Sequence record: SRR20825019_3141
Direction: 5' to 3' (one strand)
DNA length: 43,525 bases
Below the pieces are notes generated by a model. That model had not been told where the DNA came from. It worked only from the letters and a program-made list of their open reading frames with translations, and did not search any database. Both the position numbers and the translations under genes were made by a program. This document shows, one piece after another, positions 39,336 through 43,525 of this stretch (position 1 is its first letter; each line of letters begins with the position of its first letter).

Positions 39336-40889
39336 CTATTTAAAGCCAACTTTTACGAGTTGCTTTCTGCCTCCTCTTTTGGCATAGAACAACATTTTAT
39401 CCTCTGCCTCATCCTTTAAGGGTTTGGAAACCATAAGTGGTAACCTGGCCTCTTGCTGATCAATGATTTTTTCATAGTCCATGACCCCATTCTCATCCAA
39501 CGAGATCATAAACACATTCCTGTTACGGCTAAAGCCCTGTTTAAATATCAAACGTTCGTTGTTGATCAATTGAGGGTTTTCTGCCGCAGTACAGATAAAG
39601 AAGTAGGTATTTCCATCCTTACAATACGAGCTGTAGGAAGCGTATGCGCCATCTCCTTGGGTCACTTCTGTTTTGTTGATGTTCCTCGCCCATTCCATAT
39701 TACCATTTTGATCAAGCTTTACACTGACTATATCGTTATGGTGATAGCGTTCGATTTTGACACGCTGCCCCGCACCGGTAGTTTCCAAGCCCGAGGTTAC
39801 GAAGTACTCTTCGGCATTAAAGAATATTTCGTTGTTCTCCGTTACTTCGACATTTTTGAAAACAAGGTTTTTAATGTCCTTATCCTCTTCCCGGCCAAAT
39901 TTATCATCCATAAATTGCTGCGAAAAGGGATTGTATTTCTGAGAACGAATATCCATTGTGTTCGGATTTACATCAAAATAAACGATGCCATTGTACCTGT
40001 TGTCCTTTCTATCGGCATAAAATCCCGTACAGACCAGTTTGTTTTCTATCAAAACGGGGTATAATGCTTCAGGGTATTTTCCTGGGTCCACAAACGACTG
40101 TGTCTGGCTCTCACTTTGGGACACTTTTATCAATTCATATTGAAACTTTCTCTCATCGACCCTAAATCTTCGTTTTTTAAAGTAAGCCTTGCCTACTATG
40201 TATGCGGTTTGAAGATCATTTGAAAATGCAACGTTCTCAAAAGCATAGTTCTTTTCCTCTACTTCATCCGAAAAATCGAACTCGAACTTTTTATTGAGCG
40301 CCGTATCGTACATATGGATCATATGTTTATTGCTTTTGCCCCTTTTGTGATGCGTACTGATCACAAAACCTGTTTTTTCCTCATTAAAAAGGATAGCCGT
40401 AGTAAATCCGCGCGAGAAATCACGGTTATAATAATTCTTCCCGACCGGATCATCCACTTTTTCCGAAGCAATGGAGAGCAACTTTTTTTCTTGAAAATTG
40501 AAATCGATAATTGGGCTACTGTGCGCCCAATATTCGTATTCACCTCTGTTTGAGTTATAGTTTAGAAACAAAAGATTCAACTGGCCGTTTTTAAGGAATC
40601 CATCTACAAAATCAAGGTCCTTGAGTTTATAATTGTACTCTTCCACGAGCTCTAAATCGCTATTGTATTTTTCGATGAGATATCCTTTTGGCTTAAGAAT
40701 AAGTCCTTGATAGTAGGCGCGCACCAAAATATAGCCCCCGGATTCGTCCTCATCGATGGCCACTAAATTGGAGTAGCGGTAACGGTCCTTGTATTTTTCA
40801 CCAAAATCGTAAGAAACGGGCATTTTTTGTGCGTTTACGGCCATGCCCGACAGCACAAAGCTAAATAGAAGAAGCAGGTATTTTTTCAT
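39336..40889 (-). CDS. Secreted hypothetical protein, beta-rich
   Basis: 517-aa ORF with signal peptide (VNA|Q); family not recognised. Confidence 0.8.
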   Translation of the reverse strand: MKKYLLLLFSFVLSGMAVNAQKMPVSYDFGEKYKDRYRYSNLVAIDEDESGGYILVRAYYQGLILKPKGYLIEKYNSDLELVEEYNYKLKDLDFVDGFLKNGQLNLLFLNYNSNRGEYEYWAHSSPIIDFNFQEKKLLSIASEKVDDPVGKNYYNRDFSRGFTTAILFNEEKTGFVISTHHKRGKSNKHMIHMYDTALNKKFEFDFSDEVEEKNYAFENVAFSNDLQTAYIVGKAYFKKRRFRVDERKFQYELIKVSQSESQTQSFVDPGKYPEALYPVLIENKLVCTGFYADRKDNRYNGIVYFDVNPNTMDIRSQKYNPFSQQFMDDKFGREEDKDIKNLVFKNVEVTENNEIFFNAEEYFVTSGLETTGAGQRVKIERYHHNDIVSVKLDQNGNMEWARNINKTEVTQGDGAYASYSSYCKDGNTYFFICTAAENPQLINNERLIFKQGFSRNRNVFMISLDENGVMDYEKIIDQQEARLPLMVSKPLKDEAEDKMLFYAKRGGRKQLVKVGFK

Positions 40890-40913
40890 GATTAGGCTTG
40901 GTTAGGCCAATGG

Positions 40914-41696
40914 TCAAGATCCAGGGAAATCGGCTTTGCGTTTTTCCAAAAATGCAGAGGTACCTTCTTTAAAATCGTCGGTCCCAAAGCAAGTTCCAAA
41001 AGCATCAATTTCCGCCGAATAGCCATCAGCATCATACCTAAAACCAGCATTTACCGCTTTTATTGCATGTTTTATGGCAACGGAGGAATTATTCGATATC
41101 CTGCTCGCTATTTTGATGCAAAAAGGCAGGAGTTCCTCGCTGGCCACTACATGGTTCACCAGTCCGTAGCCAAAGGCCTTATCGGAATCTATCATCCCAG
41201 CGGTCATGATCATTTCCATGGCCCTGCCCTTGCCCACCAACTGTGGCAAGCGCTGTGTGCCTCCATATCCGGGAACCAGACCCAAGGATACTTCCGGAAG
41301 TCCCATTCTGGCATTACTGCTGGCTACCCTAAAATGGCATGCCATGGCCAGTTCCAATCCGCCTCCCAATGCAAATCCATTGATTGCAGCGATAACGGGG
41401 GTGGACAGGTTTTCAACGAAATCGAACAGGGTCCGTTGTCCAGTTGCCGCCAATTGTCGTCCCTCCTTTACAGAGAAATCGGCAAATTCAGAAATATCGG
41501 CACCTGCCACAAAAGCCTTTTCCCCGCTTCCCGTAATAATGATCACCTTGGTTTCCGGGGCCTCATCCAATTCCTTGAAAGCTACATGTAACTCTTCTAT
41601 GGTCCTTTTGTTGAGTGCATTGAGCTTTTTGGGCCTATTTATGGTAATAGTGGCCAAATTGTTTTCTTCTTCAATGTAAATGTTTTCATAATCCAT
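40914..41696 (-). CDS. Enoyl-CoA hydratase / crotonase
   Basis: NRPKKLNAL, FVAGADI, ALGGGLE, PE..LG..PGYGGTQRL; ATG 41696 preferred. Confidence 0.92.
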   Translation of the reverse strand: MDYENIYIEEENNLATITINRPKKLNALNKRTIEELHVAFKELDEAPETKVIIITGSGEKAFVAGADISEFADFSVKEGRQLAATGQRTLFDFVENLSTPVIAAINGFALGGGLELAMACHFRVASSNARMGLPEVSLGLVPGYGGTQRLPQLVGKGRAMEMIMTAGMIDSDKAFGYGLVNHVVASEELLPFCIKIASRISNNSSVAIKHAIKAVNAGFRYDADGYSAEIDAFGTCFGTDDFKEGTSAFLEKRKADFPGS

Positions 41697-41735
41697 ATCA
41701 ATCGCTATTTGGGGCGGCAAGTGTACAAATTGCCG

Positions 41736-43193
41736 TTATTTCTTCTGTTCCTTGGGAAAATCTATGGTAAATACGGTGCCTTTCCCAACTTTTGAAGTAA
41801 AGGTAATGGTTCCTCCATAGTTTTCCACAATGTTCTTTACCATGCCCAACCCTAAGCCAGTTCCACTGGACTTGGTAGTAAACTTGGGCTCAAAAATCCG
41901 GTGTTTGTTCTCATCTGGAATACCCAGTCCGTTATCGGCAACAGAAATCTTTACCCGGTCGCCCACCGTTGCCACCGTAACCAAAATCCGTGGAGATTCC
42001 ACTTCAGGAATGGCCTGAATGGCATTTTTGACCAAATTCGTAATTACCCGAATCAATTGGGTGCGGTCCAATTTGGCCACCAATTCTTCCTCATCGGCTA
42101 TAAAATGAATATAGTCTTCATTAAAGATCTCCAATGCCAATTTTACCACCTTAACCACATTCAAGGTCTCATTTTGCTGGGCGGGCATGTCCGCAAAACT
42201 GGAAAAAGCCGTGGCAATATTGCTCATGGTATCGATTTGTTGGATCAAGGTCTTGGAAAACTCCTTCACCTTTTTCTGTATATCGGGGTCACTGGGATCA
42301 AACTTACGCTCAAAACTCTGGACCGTGAGACGAAGGGGCGTTAACGGGTTTTTGATTTCGTGCGCCACTTGCTTGGCCATCTCGCGCCAAGCCTGTTCAC
42401 GTTCGCTACGTGCCAATTTCACCGCGCTCTCCTCGAGCTCATCGATCATTCGGTTATAGGAATCCACCAGTTTACCAATTTCTTCGCCAGGGCTTTCCAA
42501 ATAGATTTTCTCGTTCTGACGGGTCAGATTCGTGCGATTCATCTTGTCCGATATGGTCTGAAGGGAACGTGTAATATATTTTGATATAAAATAAGCCAGA
42601 ACAATGGCCACGAGCAGCATCAGAATATAGACCATGGCCAGCCTAAAAAGAAACTCCTTGAGTTCCATATTATTGAAGGTATTGTCCTCAAAATAAGGAA
42701 GGTTCAATATACCGATGGGTTTAAATTTAAGGTCGTAGATATACGTATAGATGGCCTGATAGTTGTCCCCCGCGGCTCTCTTTTCCTCAACAAACTTGGT
42801 TTCCCCGCTTTCCCTTAAAAAATTGAGCACTTCGGCGTCCAAACAGGTGGCAATGGTATTCGAATCAAAACTGGGCCTTGAATTTTTGATCAAATTGCCC
42901 TCAAGATCATAAATGTTGAAATTTACATTCTGAATGTTCGCGATTTCATAGATCTCCTCGCTAAAAATCAAGTGCAAATTTTCGGTGGTAACAGGATAAG
43001 TGGTTTCCTTTAGCGTATAGTTGATACTCTTGATGAGCTGCTCTTCTTTTCGCTCCAACCTTTCTTGGTGATAATCGTTTCCCTGCTCCTTATATTGATA
43101 AACGGTGACCCCAGCAATAAGAACAGAAGCCAGCACCACCAGGGTGATCATGGAAATAAATATTCTTGACCGTAAGGAAAGTTTTTTTAGCAA
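41736..43193 (-). CDS. Sensor histidine kinase, NtrY-like
   Basis: Two TMs, HAMP, AWREMAKQVAHEIKNPLTP, HATPase motifs. Confidence 0.92.
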   Translation of the reverse strand: MLKKLSLRSRIFISMITLVVLASVLIAGVTVYQYKEQGNDYHQERLERKEEQLIKSINYTLKETTYPVTTENLHLIFSEEIYEIANIQNVNFNIYDLEGNLIKNSRPSFDSNTIATCLDAEVLNFLRESGETKFVEEKRAAGDNYQAIYTYIYDLKFKPIGILNLPYFEDNTFNNMELKEFLFRLAMVYILMLLVAIVLAYFISKYITRSLQTISDKMNRTNLTRQNEKIYLESPGEEIGKLVDSYNRMIDELEESAVKLARSEREQAWREMAKQVAHEIKNPLTPLRLTVQSFERKFDPSDPDIQKKVKEFSKTLIQQIDTMSNIATAFSSFADMPAQQNETLNVVKVVKLALEIFNEDYIHFIADEEELVAKLDRTQLIRVITNLVKNAIQAIPEVESPRILVTVATVGDRVKISVADNGLGIPDENKHRIFEPKFTTKSSGTGLGLGMVKNIVENYGGTITFTSKVGKGTVFTIDFPKEQKK

Positions 43194-43281
43194 GCCCGCT
43201 TGATTTTGGTATTAAATTTAAGCAATTATCGAGCCAAACAAAGCGCAAATTCAGGAGCCAAGTTCAAATCCGTTGGATTTG

Positions 43282-43525
43282 CTACGCATTGGGATTACGG
43301 TCCCTCACCTTTTTGTACCATCGAATGCCAAGCATCAACAGAATCATAAGTACAAACATGCCCACTATGCCGTAAATCCAATTAAAGGCACTTTTTAGTA
43401 CCACCAAAAAGACCACGGCAAAAAGAATAATGGTCGCCACTTCGTTCCATATCCGCATAAATTTTGAGGTGTATTTGACCTCATCGCGCTGTAGCTGTTT
43501 AAAAATTTGATGGCATTTAAAATGA
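43282..43525 (-). CDS. hemJ: Protoporphyrinogen IX oxidase HemJ (CopD/UPF0093 family), 5' truncated
   Basis: Manual translation ...FMRIWNEVATIILFAVVFLVVLK...RNPNA*; not in ORF track. Confidence 0.8.
   Translation of the reverse strand, partial: HFKCHQIFKQLQRDEVKYTSKFMRIWNEVATIILFAVVFLVVLKSAFNWIYGIVGMFVLMILLMLGIRWYKKVRDRNPNA

Noticed and set aside
43166-43375. 69-aa plus-strand ORF
   Set aside because: Overlaps hemJ and the kinase start on the opposite strand
1-43525. CRISPR arrays, tRNA/rRNA, IS elements, prophage
   Set aside because: No regularly spaced repeats, cloverleafs, transposase, integrase or phage genes seen by eye

Overview
Mostly core chromosome of a Flavobacteriaceae bacterium (Muricauda/Flagellimonas-like, inferred from gene content and TAnnTTTG promoter boxes). 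It holds housekeeping genes (cspA-like, tadA, dxs, dgt, nadD, gmk, yicC, S41 protease, dCMP deaminase, djlA-like, bacilliredoxin, plsC-like, crotonase, hemJ), a phosphate porin plus Pi transporter pair, and a ~12.7 kb oxidative (3-keto-glycoside) sugar cleavage cluster. No mobile element, CRISPR array, rRNA or tRNA was seen. The main candidate for an undescribed system is the 1.1 kb gap at 24357-25470. It hides an unannotated 39-aa signal-peptide ORF (predicted 13-aa mature peptide starting with Gln) followed by a structured 3' RNA and a second structured RNA. These are divergent from a LytTR regulator and a TPR/LytS-type kinase, and both promoters carry 21-bp-spaced repeats at matching distances. 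The layout resembles an agr/RNAIII-like peptide signalling module; that function is inference. Other signals: a candidate sRNA complementary to the porin 5' UTR, tandem Bacteroidetes SOS boxes on a radical SAM gene, and a structured leader on a PepSY gene.
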